A stretch of 64,000 nucleotides of DNA from Octopus sinensis (taxonomy: Eukaryota): positions 177,568,001 through 177,632,000 of the forward strand of contig NC_042998.1 of assembly GCF_006345805.1 (NCBI RefSeq). Reading direction: 5' to 3'. Position numbers and translations under genes: made by a program. Of the stretch, positions 1 through 15,000 are shown in pieces. The notes below the pieces were generated by a model. The model worked only from the letters and a program-made list of their open reading frames with translations, was not told the origin of the DNA and did no database searches. How positions within the stretch are numbered: the first letter of the stretch is position 1; each line of letters opens with the position of its first letter.

Positions 1-122
1 AAAAATAATACAATACAAAACAAAAAGAAACAAATTAAAGAAGTCCCACCCCTTCTGATCCACACCACACCATATTATATATCATATATAATACTATCAA
101 ACATTTTTCAAATAGTTTATTG

Positions 123-167
<45 letters not shown>

Positions 168-475
168 ATATATATATATAAAAGAAAAACAGAGGAATTA
201 ACAAAACAAAATCCAACATAATGGTTTTGTTTCATTAGGCGCAAAGGCCCTATAACTTTGGGAAGTGTGGGAAGGGAGTTATGACAGTCATGCCTTTTCC
301 AAGAACATTAGCCTATGTGTGTGTGTGTATGTGAAGCGAAATGGCTTCAAATCAGGAATTGAATCCATGTCACAATCTCAATTCAACTCGACAATAGCAG
401 GCTTCTTACTGTATAAAGTGCCCATCACAACAAAATCCGACATGTTAATAGGAAGAAATATAGGGAGAGACAATT

Positions 476-511
<36 letters not shown>

Positions 512-1073
512 CTGATAAACATCCCCACACAAAACAAAAACAATAAAAGAGGCAAATAAACACATATCCCACCCCTCATACACTTAAAAAACTCCCTACA
601 AATCACTCCTGTTGTTCTTTTTTATTCTTTTTTTTTACTTTAATGTTTTTCATTTATTATTTTGTTGATCTTTCAATGTTGTCAGTGTTACTAAGTGACA
701 GCCATCAAGTGACAGTGTAAACAGATGTACATCTGGTCTCTAGATGCACAGCTGCTGTGTAGATACATTTACATCTGGTGTTTAGGGTACATACGTATAC
801 ATCAAGTGTGTAGATGTACATAGATATATTAAATTTTAAAGAGATACATACAATGAGATGTTATCAGCTCTGTTTAACTTTAGTAGTAGTAGCAGCAGTA
901 ATAGTGGTAATAATAGTAGTAGTAGCGGCAGTATATGGTCTTCTCTCTGTGTGTGTATGCGTGTGTGTGTGTGTGTGTAAGAAATATAGCTATGGTGCTC
1001 ATTTCTAGCAAGTTCATACACAAGATACATTCATTAATCCATCAATGGAGCAACTGCTGCACCCATGTTGGTG

Positions 1074-1108
<35 letters not shown>

Positions 1109-1577
1109 TGATTAGGCAAGTTGTTGGTACATCGAGATAGTCATACTAGTTAATGTGTACTTCAGCTAATTGGAGAAGGCATAAACAGTGATAAACCTAG
1201 TGCCAATGCAGCCTTTCAGATTGTTAGACAGATAGACACACACACACTAATGCATAAGTTCAAATGAAAACAAGTATAGAGCACTTTTAAATGATAATGT
1301 ACTAATAATAAGAGCAAATGATAATATAATATATATATACATATATATATATATATGTTTGTGTGTGTGCAAATGCATATGTATGTCAATGTATATATGT
1401 ATATGAATGTGTGTTTCTTTTCACTCTTTCTCACCAAAATTTTGATCAATACTTGATGTTGCGATGGAAAAGTTATACTTCTGTTCAAGAATTTCAGTCG
1501 TTACAGCATTCAACATCGTTGTCTTTGTATTTTATTCTTTTTTTTTTTTTTTTTTTTAAATATTTTGTTCGGATTAT

Positions 1578-1608
<31 letters not shown>

Positions 1609-2098
1609 ACTTTTTTTTAAAAAAGATTTTAAATTTTAATACTTAATAGTTATGGTCTCTTTTCATGATTCTCTCTCTCCCCCCTCTCTCTCTCTCTATT
1701 TCACTTTTCTCTCTGTCTCTGTCTGCCAATGGCACAAGAGAAGTTGTAGAGAGGAGAAACACTAGGGTGAATGGTCAATATATATATATATGTATGTATA
1801 TATATATATATATGTGTGTTTGTATGTGTTTATGTATATATGTGTGTAATATATATATATGTATATACATGTATGCTTAAATATATAAATGTATATATAT
1901 ACATATATATATGTATATATATATATATGTGCATATATATGTATATACAAACACATACAACCCTATACATATGCACACATGCATATATATATATATATAT
2001 ATATATACATACACACACACACATGCATGCACACACATGCGCATGTGTGTATGTATACTAAGCAAACAGTTGTATGTCCATTGCCACTGTTCAGCTTG
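1..2098 (-). other. Probable DIP2 3' UTR / downstream region, rich in (TA)n, (CA)n and (TG)n tracts
   Basis: Follows the stop codon; minus-strand AATAAA hexamers at 1531-1536, 653-658, 621-626 and 116-121; the true end cannot be determined. Confidence 0.55.
1780..2060. repeat. Compound (TA)n/(TG)n/(CA)n microsatellite
   Basis: Seen directly. Confidence 0.95.
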
Positions 2099-2351
2099 TT
2101 ACATATTGTAGGCAACATAGATTGGATCCAACTGGTCAGCGAGGAAGCCATCTCGGAGGTGCATACGTTGTTTTTCACCACGAGAGTTGATAGGAATGAC
2201 TCCTGGATCAACAACTACAACAACACCGACTATCAAATAGTGCTCTTCTAGTACAACATTGGTTACCAAGGGAACCAAATCAAGAGCCTCATTTTCGTTT
2301 CCATCCAGTTCAACAACAACGACCAGTAAATTGGTCCAGGTAAACACAGCA
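2099..2351 (-). CDS. DIP2: DIP2 terminal coding exon: (C)[17 protein letters not shown]...[26 protein letters not shown]
   Basis: ttacag|T acceptor; TAA stop at 2101-2099; within ORF-track 2099..2404. Confidence 0.97.
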
Positions 2352-2582
2352 CTGTAAAAAACAAAGGAGGAAAATAGCTTTAGAGGTAAACAATACATAT
2401 ACATACATATATATATAAATGTTTTTTATTTTTTTTTTTTATATAAAGCCAAAACAATGCAAATTATAAAAAATACAGGTTGATGATGCTTTGTACTTTT
2501 AGCTTGTATTTAAAAAGTTCTGGGTTTGGACAGATTTTCTATGGGAAATATTATATTATTCATAATTTATATGATTAAGGGA

Positions 2583-2629
<47 letters not shown>

Positions 2630-5600
2630 AAGAATTAAAAGCATTTACATATATCAGACAATGCTTTATGCAAACTATATTGTTCTAATAAAATACATAT
2701 CAACATTAATCATCATTTAACATCCATTGTCCATGCTTGCATGGATTGTACCATCATTAAGACTTTCTAATTCATGAACTTACCAATCATTTTAATGCCC
2801 GTTGGAATTATCTCTTGCTTTCATTTCATTTCTTAAAATGTTGATAAAATAACAACCACTTTAAAAAGGGAGACTGGTCTAGTCAACTATACACACCTCC
2901 TTTACAAAAATGACATGCCTAGTTAAAAGGGATCAGCATCATAACTACTGCTATGAAGCAGTATATTAAGACATGAAGATCATAAGATCATTTTGGTCTA
3001 TAGCAGTTCCCATTCTAAAATAGCATTATTGTACAATTCATGAAAGTATATGACAAACACATACTCATAGATCTTTCAACAGTTGTTCCATAATCACTCG
3101 CTAAGGTCTGAAGCATTGTTTTATTCAATGGAGAATTTGAACTCAACAGTGCATGTCAATGAAATATTTTTCTATTAATTCTTGCATTAAGTGGTACCCT
3201 TGTATGATTCCTATTTAGAACAAGTTTGATAGAATCATTGACCAAGACACAGTCAATAGGTTGGCATTTGATTGATTTGATCAGCTGTACATTCCCAGTT
3301 ATTTATCAGAAACAAAATCTATGAACTTATATGTAAATAAACAGAGGGGTTTCCTCAGAAATGTACCATGCTAAAACAAATATTCACAGATTATCGATAA
3401 TCTGTTTCTAGATTAAAGGAAGAAAAATAGTGATATTCATAAACTTTCAGACTCTCCTTGACAGATCTGAGTAAACATATGATGTTAAAATGCAGTTAAT
3501 GTTTAGTGTGAATCACAATAGAGACAGATAGCAGGGTTGCTAGTGATTAAAGCTTGATTTTTATATAGAAAGTTCACTTTTGGAATTAAGACTAGAATAT
3601 ATGAATTCACTATTCTAAATATCACAGTATACTCAAGCATACAATGTATATGAGCATTCCACAAATTTAGCAAATGGTCATGGCTTTAGTATTTATGGAA
3701 TCTGAAAAGAAAGCCCTTTCTAGTAATAAAGACTGATAATGCAAAATATGAGTGGTTACTATAGATGGTTATCTGACATCGTTGTAATCAATAGATATAC
3801 AGACTGCATCAGTTAGGTATTGTTCCTAAATAAGCAGGCTGCTGTAGTGATGTGTGTGTGTGTTACTAAACAGATGTAGTGTCTGTTTAGTGTTGCTGAA
3901 TAGGATTTGATTGTAGGCTTCCCAAAGGTCTCTATTCATAAAAGGTGAGCATGCTAGGTAGGAAATGTTGTAGTCGTTATGTGTGAAAGTAAGGAAAGTT
4001 GGCAATGTCACTGTCACGATGTTGTAGAGAAGGAAATTTGAAAGGAAAACAACCAAACCCTAGGGTACTTCTGAAAGAGAGCTGAAGACATGCAACAATA
4101 ACTTGAATAGAAACTTCAGATTCAGCTGATTTAGGTAACTAACACTAAGTGGTGCAAATAAATGAGTGGCTTCTCTAATTTTTCATGCCAGATAAGGATT
4201 AAAAAGTCTTGTTGATGTCAAAAACGACTCCTTCAAAGTTTTACAGAAAAAATAGGATCTCACAAATGGTTGATATAGAATACAAGGTTTGCAGTTGAAC
4301 TAGCCCTGTTGAGATTATGTTAGTGATCAGAAAAGGACGAAATAACCAAGTAATTGTTCTTGATTATCTCCATCACCTTCAGATAAAAATTACAGCCCAA
4401 TAACTGTTAGGAACAGAAAAGTAATTTTTTTTTTAAGTGGGGAAGTGTGAGACCTTGGGTATCAAAATAAAAGAGGGATTGGTATTGAACTGCACCCATT
4501 GTAATAAGGATGGAACAGTAGGAAGAGGAGGAGTACTTAGCAGTATGGCATATCAGGCATATCTGTTTCTGATGGAATATTTGTCTATTAGTTGCATAGT
4601 TTCTTAGACACAGGTACACTATTTATCACTTGATTATAATACTTTTCATTAATTTTGCTCAACACTTCTTTCCTTGATATCTTCCAATGCTATTTTCATT
4701 TTATTTTGTTATCAACCATACCCAGATACACAACTCAGAAAAAAATAAATGGCTATTACAAAATAAAGTTTGAAATAAATTTAGCTTATTTGAGTACAAT
4801 TTTAAAATGCCAGAAAATAGACTTCAGTGCGAATGAATTCAAATACTGAAGCACAGTCAGATATCTCAGTTTATTTTCTGGCTCTCTGTTGGTTATAATG
4901 ATGAGGGTTCCAGTTGATCTGATCAATAGAACAACCTGCTCATGAAATTAATGTGCAAGCGGAGCACTCCACAGAATGTGACAAGGCTGGCCTCTGTATT
5001 ACAGGTAGATCTTAGAAAAACTTATTCCTTATGATGATGATGATGACTGAATTTATGTAAGCACAGCAAAGGGGTAAACTGTAGTTTACATATTTATTAG
5101 ACTTCAGACTGAGCATTTATTTTAAGAACAATCACCGTGGACTCATGATAATTGGTCACTTAACAAATAATACTAACAGTTGTTTTCCAATTTATTGGCA
5201 TTACATTTATTATTTTTTTCTATGGTGTCACACTTAGATAAATGGCAACAGAATAGATGTTAGATACATACCATTCACATATCTTACGATGACAGCGAAG
5301 GACAGAATTCTCTATATCAATTGGATGATAGCGCATACCACGCAACATAATTGTTTCATCAAGACTACCAACCACAAATATAGCATCATGGCGCTCTGCG
5401 GAAAAGAGTAGAATAAAAACTTTGCAATTTGTTGTAATTCAAAAGGAGAACAGTAATCAGAAAAAAAGCATTGTAGACATTGATTAAAGTTACTAAAAAT
5501 TATCATGGGGAAATAAATTTCACAGTTAATTTTCGTTCACTTTTCTCTTATAAAATAGATTAAAGATGTAAAATATTATTATTCTTTGGAGAGAAGTTAA

Positions 5601-8600
5601 TGAAAAATTACATTTGTAATAAGATTATTTTTCATTAGGAACAAAGAAGCTTTGTGACTTCAAAAATACTACTTGAAAGATACAAACCCAAATTGGTTAA
5701 TAAATTATAAAGTAGCATGAGTTGAAGATACTTCGTATATTAGTCATAGTTTATTGATATCAATGGATACCAAGATATTATCGAAAGTAAATCTGTTTTT
5801 ACTATGCATGATTGAGGAAGTCATTGCTTTTTAACAATGAATGGAGTTATTTACTTTTCTTTAATTCATGGTTACTAAATCAGTCTTAACGTCTACATAT
5901 AGAGATCTGTATATGTCCAAGAAGATAGAGCACTAGACAATCAAGTGAGGCACTGCATAAGACGTTATTAACTCTACAGCTACTATGGTTGTTAAAGTAG
6001 CTAAATAAAAATGACAAGTTTTCATTACTTTTGCAGTGCTGAGTTGAATTCCTTTTGTGGAAAATTAACTTGTCCTACACCAAAAACATATCTAGATCTT
6101 GTCTTTGCTTTACATTGTGGAAACTGAAGTTGTGATTAGGAAATGATTAGCCTTTTCTCTTTTTTTACACTACTTAGAAATTAGTTAAAACAAGCTGGGT
6201 TAATAACAAGCCAACTCCTATGTGTTTAAGTATGTAGATCTCTATGGAAAATCAAAAGATTTGGAAAATTTATGAAGTCTAGAATTTTTGGTAGAATTCC
6301 CAAAACACAGTAAACTAAATTTAGTTTATTTATGAACTTTGTTTTCTTTTTTCACCTACAAAAAGTCTTACAGCTGGTAAAGCAGAATAAATCTATATTC
6401 TAAAAATGTTTTTACATAAAATTTATCTAAGTCAAGTCAATATATGTTGTTATTCCAAAATATATGAAATAAGGGAAATGCTGTGAAATAAATATCAATA
6501 TAACAGGAAACACAATATATTTCAGTAAAAACAAACTAAACATTGAAGCTGGAAAAAAAAACAAAAAAACTATTATAATACATGAAATATGAAAGTAAGA
6601 ATTTAAGAATTGATTTCCTTTCCAGACTGCAAGCACTGCAGATTTATGAAAGGGCATCAGTTATTTGGCAACAGTTTTCATCCTGAAGGACGTGAAGATA
6701 TCTTCTCTACTTAATACAATAGTTTATATAACAGTGTCTTTCAAAAAGACAAGAAGTATGAATTTGACTAAACCAAATTCATCAGAATTACATGCAGTGG
6801 TGTGATGGAGTCTAAAGCTTGCTTTACTTTATATTATCAACGCTTCTCTGATCTGGGCTGAACAGCTTGGTACCAGGGTCACAGCAGACAGTCAGCCAGA
6901 ATACATATTATCATAGCAGTTCTTGGAAGTTTTGAAATAAAACCTCCCTTTGATAAGTTTCCAAATTTTTGTAGGAAAACACAAGTGACTATATTTATTT
7001 CTGCTTAATCTTATCGTGTTGATTAAACAGTTCTGATTTGGTAGAAGCTGAAACTTGAACATTTTGTAACAATACATTTGACAACATATATAATACCAAA
7101 CAATACAGCCAGCTAAACATGACAATAAACAGGACATTCAAATATAGATTTGTTCAAAGGAACAGCAATATCCACAACATTCAAACAAACCAGGAAACCC
7201 TTCAATTACCTTCTAAATAATAAAAAGAGATAAAAATTAATCCTGTAATGAAATTATTAGGTCTGTCTTACTCATATATATTACAACATCAACAACAACA
7301 ACATAAGCATATTCCAATTACAATGTTAGTTGATAATTAGTAGGGATGAAAGTTCAATCAAGGCAGATGGACACTTGTAAAAGTGGTCAATACATGGAGT
7401 GTAGATATTGATTAAGATGAAATAAACCAAACAACACTTAATTAGACAACTTATTTCTATCTGCACAAACTTAAAACCCATTTACTAGACAAAAATATCT
7501 TCGAAGCTAGCAAAAGGTTTATTGGTTTCTTGTTGAATTTTGATCTATTTGGTGAAGTATGATATCCTGGGGTGGTTCTATTCCAAATGGAACTTTGAAA
7601 CTTAGATCCATGCTCCTCTGTTACTATAAAACATGGTACCATAGTCTCAAACATGCATGGTTATAGCTATCAAAAGAAATGGATTTTGGTTGCTCTGACT
7701 AAAATGTAAAAACCTCTACTTCATCATCTTTCTGCAGGGAAGAGGCAATATTGTTAAAGAATTGAAATAAATGTATTTTGACAAGATTTTTTTTTTTCAG
7801 AAGAAAAAGAAATTACCAAAAAGAAATACTGAAGCAGTATTAAGATAGGGAATTTTAATCTGAAATTAACCAATGGAAATAAAAGTAAATTTATCTTAAT
7901 GCTAGATAAATTTATATATTGCACATATCTTCAGATAAAATAATTTGTTGTTGAGGCCTTCCAGAGAACTAAAGGCCAACTAATATCATTGTCATCATTA
8001 AATTCGATTTCAGTTTGTTCATGCTCTTTTTCAATCACTTACTGTATTGTAGATTGGTTTATATTCCTACCTAATTTCATGTGTGGGTGAAAGGGAATGG
8101 CTACTTAACAGTGGTAGTTTATGAATTTGACTAAACCAAATTCATCAGAATTAGATGCAGTAGTGTGATGGAGTCTAAAGCTTGCTTTACTTTATATTAT
8201 CAACGCTTCTCTGATCTGGGCTGAAACAGCTTGGTACCAGGGTCACAGCAGACAGTCTAGCCAGAATACAAGGAGTTGGAACAGGTACCTCAAAGTATTG
8301 CACCAAACCTTCCAACAATCCCACTTATCAACCACCCTGGACTGATATTTTTCTTTATCAATCGCCAAAGGACAAAAAGTAAAGTTGATATTGACAGGAT
8401 CTGAACTTAAAGTGTAGAGAATTGGAACAAATACAACAAGGTATTCTATTCAACCCTCTAATACGTCTGCAGTTATACTGCCACAGAGATATACCTTTCC
8501 TATCACAGCCACTTGGATGAATAGTGGGAATGGAAAATAAATAAAAACAGGCCAGTCCCAGAAGCATTAGGGCTTTAGAGTGGAAGAGAATTTCATAAAC

Positions 8601-11600
8601 AGAATTGTATAAATGTATTCACAAGCATAACATCTATTGAAATGCAGTTAAGGCATTGTTAAAAATGCCTGGGTATTCTAACTGCAAGAATATCTTTTGT
8701 ACATACTACATCATTCACTCAGATATTTAAATCAGGGATTATGTTTTATAACCTACCCTGCTAATAAAGACTATTTATATTAAATTATTAATATATATTT
8801 TAAACTATACTATATGTAGTGAGCATTCTAAAACTTGATTTTTTTGAGAGAGGGAGGGGTGATATGGGGAGTAGCTAGGATCATTTATCAAATCAAGACT
8901 ATTTTTTATACATCATTTTCTTAATCTTATCTATAAAAGCACACACTCACATGCACAACATGTATACAAACAAACTTATAATTTGTCACCTACATACACA
9001 CAGGATGGCAGGGAAAAGAATGTGTTACAAATGTTGAGAATAAATTGAATAGATTATTATTTTTTAAATCAAGAGCTGAGCAAGGTGTTTTGGTTCAGAT
9101 CAACATGCCCAAGGCTTGATGTGAGTCGACCATTGCACTTTTTGTGTTATCATGCTTTAAAAAATGAAAAAAAACCCCAGCCAAAATGATTTGCATGCCA
9201 GAGGTAGGTTCAACTATGACATAGTATAAATTAATGCAAAATTGATAAAAACAAAATTTCAAAAATTGGTTATTTTTTTCTATAAATATTGAAGTCTTAG
9301 CAAACACAAGGTCAGTTGTGGTGAAAGACTGATATGGTGACCAGAACTGATACTGATATATTAGTGGTACTCAAATTAATTCAAAAGTGGTGAAAAGATA
9401 ACTTGAGTCCTTTGAGATTGGAACCTGACACCCAGATGTATGAAACTAATTACTGAAAGGCATTTAGCACTACACTGTGGAAGACAACCATTTACATTGA
9501 TCTGTCTTATTAATATTAGGATCTATATACATGTATAAGCTTACAAATTATACTTAGTACAACCATTTTAGCAAATGAAATGTTATTTTATAATTTCAAG
9601 TACAAAGATTGTTCTTCTTGAGGTGCACTTTTGAAGATTCAACTCGTATAGATTATACTTGAAAGTGAAACAGTTCAAAAGATAATATTTGTTAAGCGGA
9701 TGAGTTACTGCTTAACTACATCTTTGCTACAGGTCTACCCAAGAAAAACTGACCGAGGTTACTTGGAAACACTACAACATCAATATTATGTTTCCTTTTG
9801 TTACATAAATAGCCGTATTTTAGTCATTTTATACTGCAGTTTCTTATACTTCATTTGGTTACAATAGTTTAACTCAACAGAAAGCCACTCTTAATAAGAA
9901 CAGTACGATAAGTAACTTGAAGTTTTTAATAAAGTTTCTGAAACAGGCTGATAAATTTTTTTATTGACAGATGGTGTTCTCTGTCTGATGCTGTACCTCT
10001 AGCTAAACTCTAAATAAGCATGGCAACAATCAACACAAACCACTCATAACATATATATATTATCTATCCATCTTCTTCATCCACTATTCCTGAGAGGATC
10101 ATAGGTGTAGAAATCCTCAGGCACCTCCTCCAAAGGATCCTATCAGAGGAAACCATCATTAAACTCACCAGCTGGATCCCCAAGTATAGCCAACTGAGAT
10201 TATGGATATCATCCAATCATCTCATTCTCGGTATACCCCTACTTCGCCTGTAAGATCTTATGATTCATTCCTGTGACATGTCTGTAGTGCTGAACCTGTG
10301 ATCTCTCAATGCAGAGAGATAGCAGCTTGATCTTGGAAGAATCCCTGATTTCTGAGGTATACATCTTATCAAGTAATATTACTTCAGAGATCTCTCAGAG
10401 AAACCTCATTTCAGATGCTTGAATTTGCATCTGTACCTTTTTGGTCATTACCCAACAATCATGATCATAGGTAAGGATAAGCATGAAAATCAAATTGAAG
10501 ATAGTGAGTTTGGCTTTTGCGCCAACCTCTTTTAAGGATCACCTGCAATTCTAGCATCCAATCCAGCCTCCACCCTTTCTTCACTTATCAATACAGCCCC
10601 AACATTAATTCTTATGCCTGCCTTGAAGCACTTAGCAGCAAACCCATTTAGTGCAAGGTGGAAATCCCCTTGTTTGGACTTTTCTTTTCTTGTGTTGACA
10701 TACTGGTATTAAAAGCTGGCTATTTAAATGGAAACTTTTATTTTCCATGACAACCATTCAAATATAAAGGCATTTGAGATATCTGTATCACCATATCACC
10801 ATTATTTATGTTATTTCCATTAATAAAATATTGATTCACGCTACAACTCTGGATCACTGATTTAATCATGTGCAAAATACATAACAATCAAGGAAATAGG
10901 GCAGAAATAATTTTAACAATCTTATGTTAAAAGAAAAGTTTTTAAGCAAAACATGTTAAGTAAGAATTAGAATCCTACTTAAAAACCTGTTAGTCAGATA
11001 ACAAGATGTAATAAACGATGGGGTATAATCCAAGACTTGGGGCTTAATGATTCAGGGCAGTTAACTTGTTGAACAAACAAATAATTTATAGATTTATAGA
11101 TTTAACAATTATGAGTGTTCCTGACATTTAAACCAAGGTTAAAGCAACTAATTTTGGAATAAACTTTAAAATAAACACAAAAAATAAAGATATAACATAA
11201 ACAAAAATGTAGCCAAGAATATTACACTCATTTTGGCAATCATGGTTTTGGACTAGAAAGTAAAATTTCAATATTGAAACTGTTGTAAGAGATGACAGCA
11301 GCAAGCTTATGGCTTCTACTTACGAAATTTATTTAGCTAGTGAACAGGGATCTAGAGTGATATGTTTATTTCGCCAAGTGGTACTACAAATTAACATTTA
11401 CTGATAACTACATTGTTAAGGACTGAGCTGACATAGGACATGCCACAACAGAAAGACATGACAGGAACAACATAGAGAAAATAGTCATATCTAAGAGAGC
11501 TAGGTAACTACAGTCACTAAAGAGAAGTAGACACTGTTCTTGTAAATCTGCAACTATATCCATATACCGAGTGAGATGACATTTTACATGCCACAACATA

Positions 11601-11644
11601 GAAAACAACATGAACAGCAAGAACAACATGGACACACACACACA

Positions 11645-11709
<65 letters not shown>

Positions 11710-11988
11710 CATACATATATACACACATATATACATACATATACATACATATATATATACATACATATATATATACATATACATACATACATATAGATGC
11801 ATATATATACATACATATATATATACATATATATACACACACATATATATATACATACATACATATATATAGATGCATATATATACATACATATATATAG
11901 ATGCATATATATACACACACGCATATATATATATATATACATATATATATACACACACACACATATATATATATATACATATATATAT

Positions 11989-12035
<47 letters not shown>

Positions 12036-15000
12036 TACATATAAATATACATACACACATACATATGTAATATATATATATATATATAGTAAAGAGAGGT
12101 AGATAACTTCTCTTCTAACTTAAAAAGAAAACGAATCATTTGATACCCATCAGGATAAAATATATTAAAAACTGGGAGGAGCAACAAAAATAATCCATGA
12201 CAGAAAGAAATGTCCTTCCAAAAGAAAGTAAACCAGAAAGAATTGAGAGCCTTGCTATTCTGACATCATAGAGGGAAGAACTAAAACATTGGACTAAAAT
12301 TTTATGTAAACTAATGAAATGATCAAGTTATTATCAGACTTAAAGCAAACTAGGGGCAAAGTGTCAATAGAAACCCTCTAAATTTAAAGGAAGAAACAAA
12401 CTTAAAGAACAGTCTATGCATTAGAATGATGGGGTGAAATATTCACAGAAATATACACACTATAATTGAACTCTGTGTTTTTGTATTCTTGCCAAATGAA
12501 GTTCATTTCCTTTTAATAATAATGACAACTCTAAGGAGCTGGTGGGAGGGAATAGTAACAATTGTTAATCCATAAAGAACTGGACCAAATGTTTCAAATC
12601 CCAATGTTATTTTTATAAGTCCTCCAGGCACTTATGAAGCTTAAGATTTTTATTTCTTAAAAGCTAACTGGATAGAGATAAATGGATAGAGGTGCAGGAA
12701 ATGGCAAGAGGGCACATGCAGTCAATATGGGGTGGAGGAATTGGATTGAGCATGTGGTGCAGCAGAGAAAATGAAGGGCAATCCATAAAATCAGGGGCAT
12801 CCATTTGTATAGGCAAGGATAAAAAAAAAACTAAATATAAACAATCAGTAATAAGTAAAAATGAGGGCAGTGTGAAGGCCTATTCCTGATGGGTAGGAAG
12901 TTGTTAAGTTTGATATGGAGAGGACAAGAGTGAGATCTACTAATCATTTCATTATATATACTTAATAATAGAGAGAAATAAAGATATAAGAAATGGAACA
13001 AATTGTAATGGTGAACCTGCTGATGATGAAGTCTGTTGTTGGCCAGGATTCTGCTCATGATTAAAAACTAAAAAATACAAACAAATGAAAAACCTAAGCA
13101 TTTCACTATAATTTCAAAATGTTGTATAACTAAAGCAAAAGGGAAAAGAAAAGAAAATAACAGACAAAAAAAATCAAAATTTAGAAAAATATCAAGAAAA
13201 TTCAGTTAAAAAAAACAAAGCAAAAATAAAAAAAAAAACACTACAGTTTAAATAATGTTAAGGGGTGAGGACTATGAGAGATTAGTTAGTTTAATGAGCA
13301 ATAAAGATACAGGTAATATTCCCCTACATATTCAGAATATAATTAAAAACCAGGGTTAAATGTTATTTGATTAATGTCATCCACAAAAATATATTTTGAT
13401 AAAAAAATATTAAATTTCATATTTTTACGTTGTAAATTTATATTTTTTAGTCTAATTTGCTGAAAAATACTTTTTTGAATAAAATAGAATGTAATGAAAT
13501 TGGTCAAGTTGTTTTTTGTAAAGAAACTGATAAAGTCGTTTTTCATAGAAATTTTAAATTGATGCTAGTCAAAAGGCACTGAGAGATGGAAATGAAATTG
13601 GAACTAGAATCTTCAAGGCAATGGAAATCATCAGCCTCATCGCAAAAAGTAAAGGAACAAAGATGAAAGAATTTTGTTTTTCCACAGAAGCCATGCCAAT
13701 ATAAAATGATCCATAAAACAAGAAAGTATAAAATCATATTTTAAAAGTTCATGCTTCTGTACCAAGCAGGAAATTTTCAATTTAAGAATAAGTGTGAAGT
13801 AAGAATAAGAAACCCAAAGGATAGGTACAGGTTTTCAGATCTTTTTCTTTCTATCTTAAGATTAGAAAAGTTAACTTGTCGTATGTATGACTTAACAGTG
13901 ATTGTAGGGTGCATTATAAATACAGCTATGTTTCTTTAGGAGAATTTGCATGAATATTAACTGTTAAGTCTTTTTAGTCAACACAATAAAATATGATGAT
14001 TCAGAATGATACATACACAGCAACATAAAGCCAACTGTTTCAAGCATTAGTTAGAAATCAAAATAAGAGGAAAATGAGTAAACACAGAATAGGAGTAAAT
14101 TGGAAATAATTAAGGAAATAAAGCATATAAAAATGGTGTAAAATAAAATAATTGGTATAGTATAATTTTCTACTTTGTACCAGGTTAGTTGATGACCAAA
14201 TTGAGCAGAACTTCATACCTCTTCAAGAGATATAAAACCTATAGTCTAAAAAATGAGTGATTAAATCTCTGAAAATACAAAATAATAATCTGAACAATAT
14301 TTCATAACAAACACTGTGACAATCCGACATTGCTTCTAGCAACTTAAATACCTTTAAAAGACTCATAATTAATTCTACAAATGAACATTCATTCAAAGTT
14401 CTACAAGCATACACCCAAAATTTGAAGATTAAGTTAGTAGTTTAATCTCATTGAAACATATTCTTTTCAATGAATTTAATTATCTTACCTCCGTCAGATT
14501 GTGTTAGCTCAGTACGCCTAATGAAGCCAAGGAAACCAGTCCTGGCATAGGAAGTATGGATGTCTCCAGTAGCAAGTTTTGAATCAAAGTGATCGTTGTG
14601 CAAAGATTCATCCCCGTAGATACTGTAATAACCAGTGGCATTGTGGGGGCTGCTCACCCAAATCTGCAACAACAGAGATAAACTTAATAGTAGTGTGAAG
14701 ATGTCTAAGATAAGAAAATATTTACTGCAAACAACCAGCAAAGTACAGTAATATGAATCTCTAATTAACTCAAGCTGAAAAAAATCTTACCTCTCCAAGA
14801 TGTGAGTCAGCACATTGGCCTTTAGTTTCAGGATTGGCTATTACAACTTTTACTCCTGGAAGAAGCTAGAAAGATAAGAGCAATATTTCCTTCTAAGTTG
14901 CATCAATATTTGCAATCAGTACATGGAGCAAAACATATGATCCTCTATTTAAAATAAGATACCTCCAGGACACAATATGAATGATAGAAATTGGATGAAT

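Noticed and set aside
718-784. Possible hairpin in the putative 3' UTR (taaac-agatgta ... tacatct-ggt-gttta)
   Set aside because: Short stems with large bulges; expected by chance in this low-complexity context
35-2251. Many ORF-track entries rich in YI/HT/CV repeats
   Set aside because: They are translations of dinucleotide microsatellites, not genes
4080-4135. CTGAAGA...GAAAC spacing resembling a hammerhead
   Set aside because: Stem II barely pairs and no stem III, NUH or stem I can be built
6626-6755. Plus-strand exon-like segment (tttccag| ... |gtatga); similar isolated sites near 6036, 7737 and 52540
   Set aside because: Stops occur in all frames and no coherent chain of plus-strand exons emerges; a nested antisense gene is unsupported
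11408-12187. Longest ORF in the track (259 aa) and overlapping ORFs
   Set aside because: Almost entirely (TA)n/(CA)n repeat read-through
12990-13700. Short protein-looking plus-strand stretches ([22 protein letters not shown]; [14 protein letters not shown]...)
   Set aside because: No usable splice sites or start, and no family I recognise
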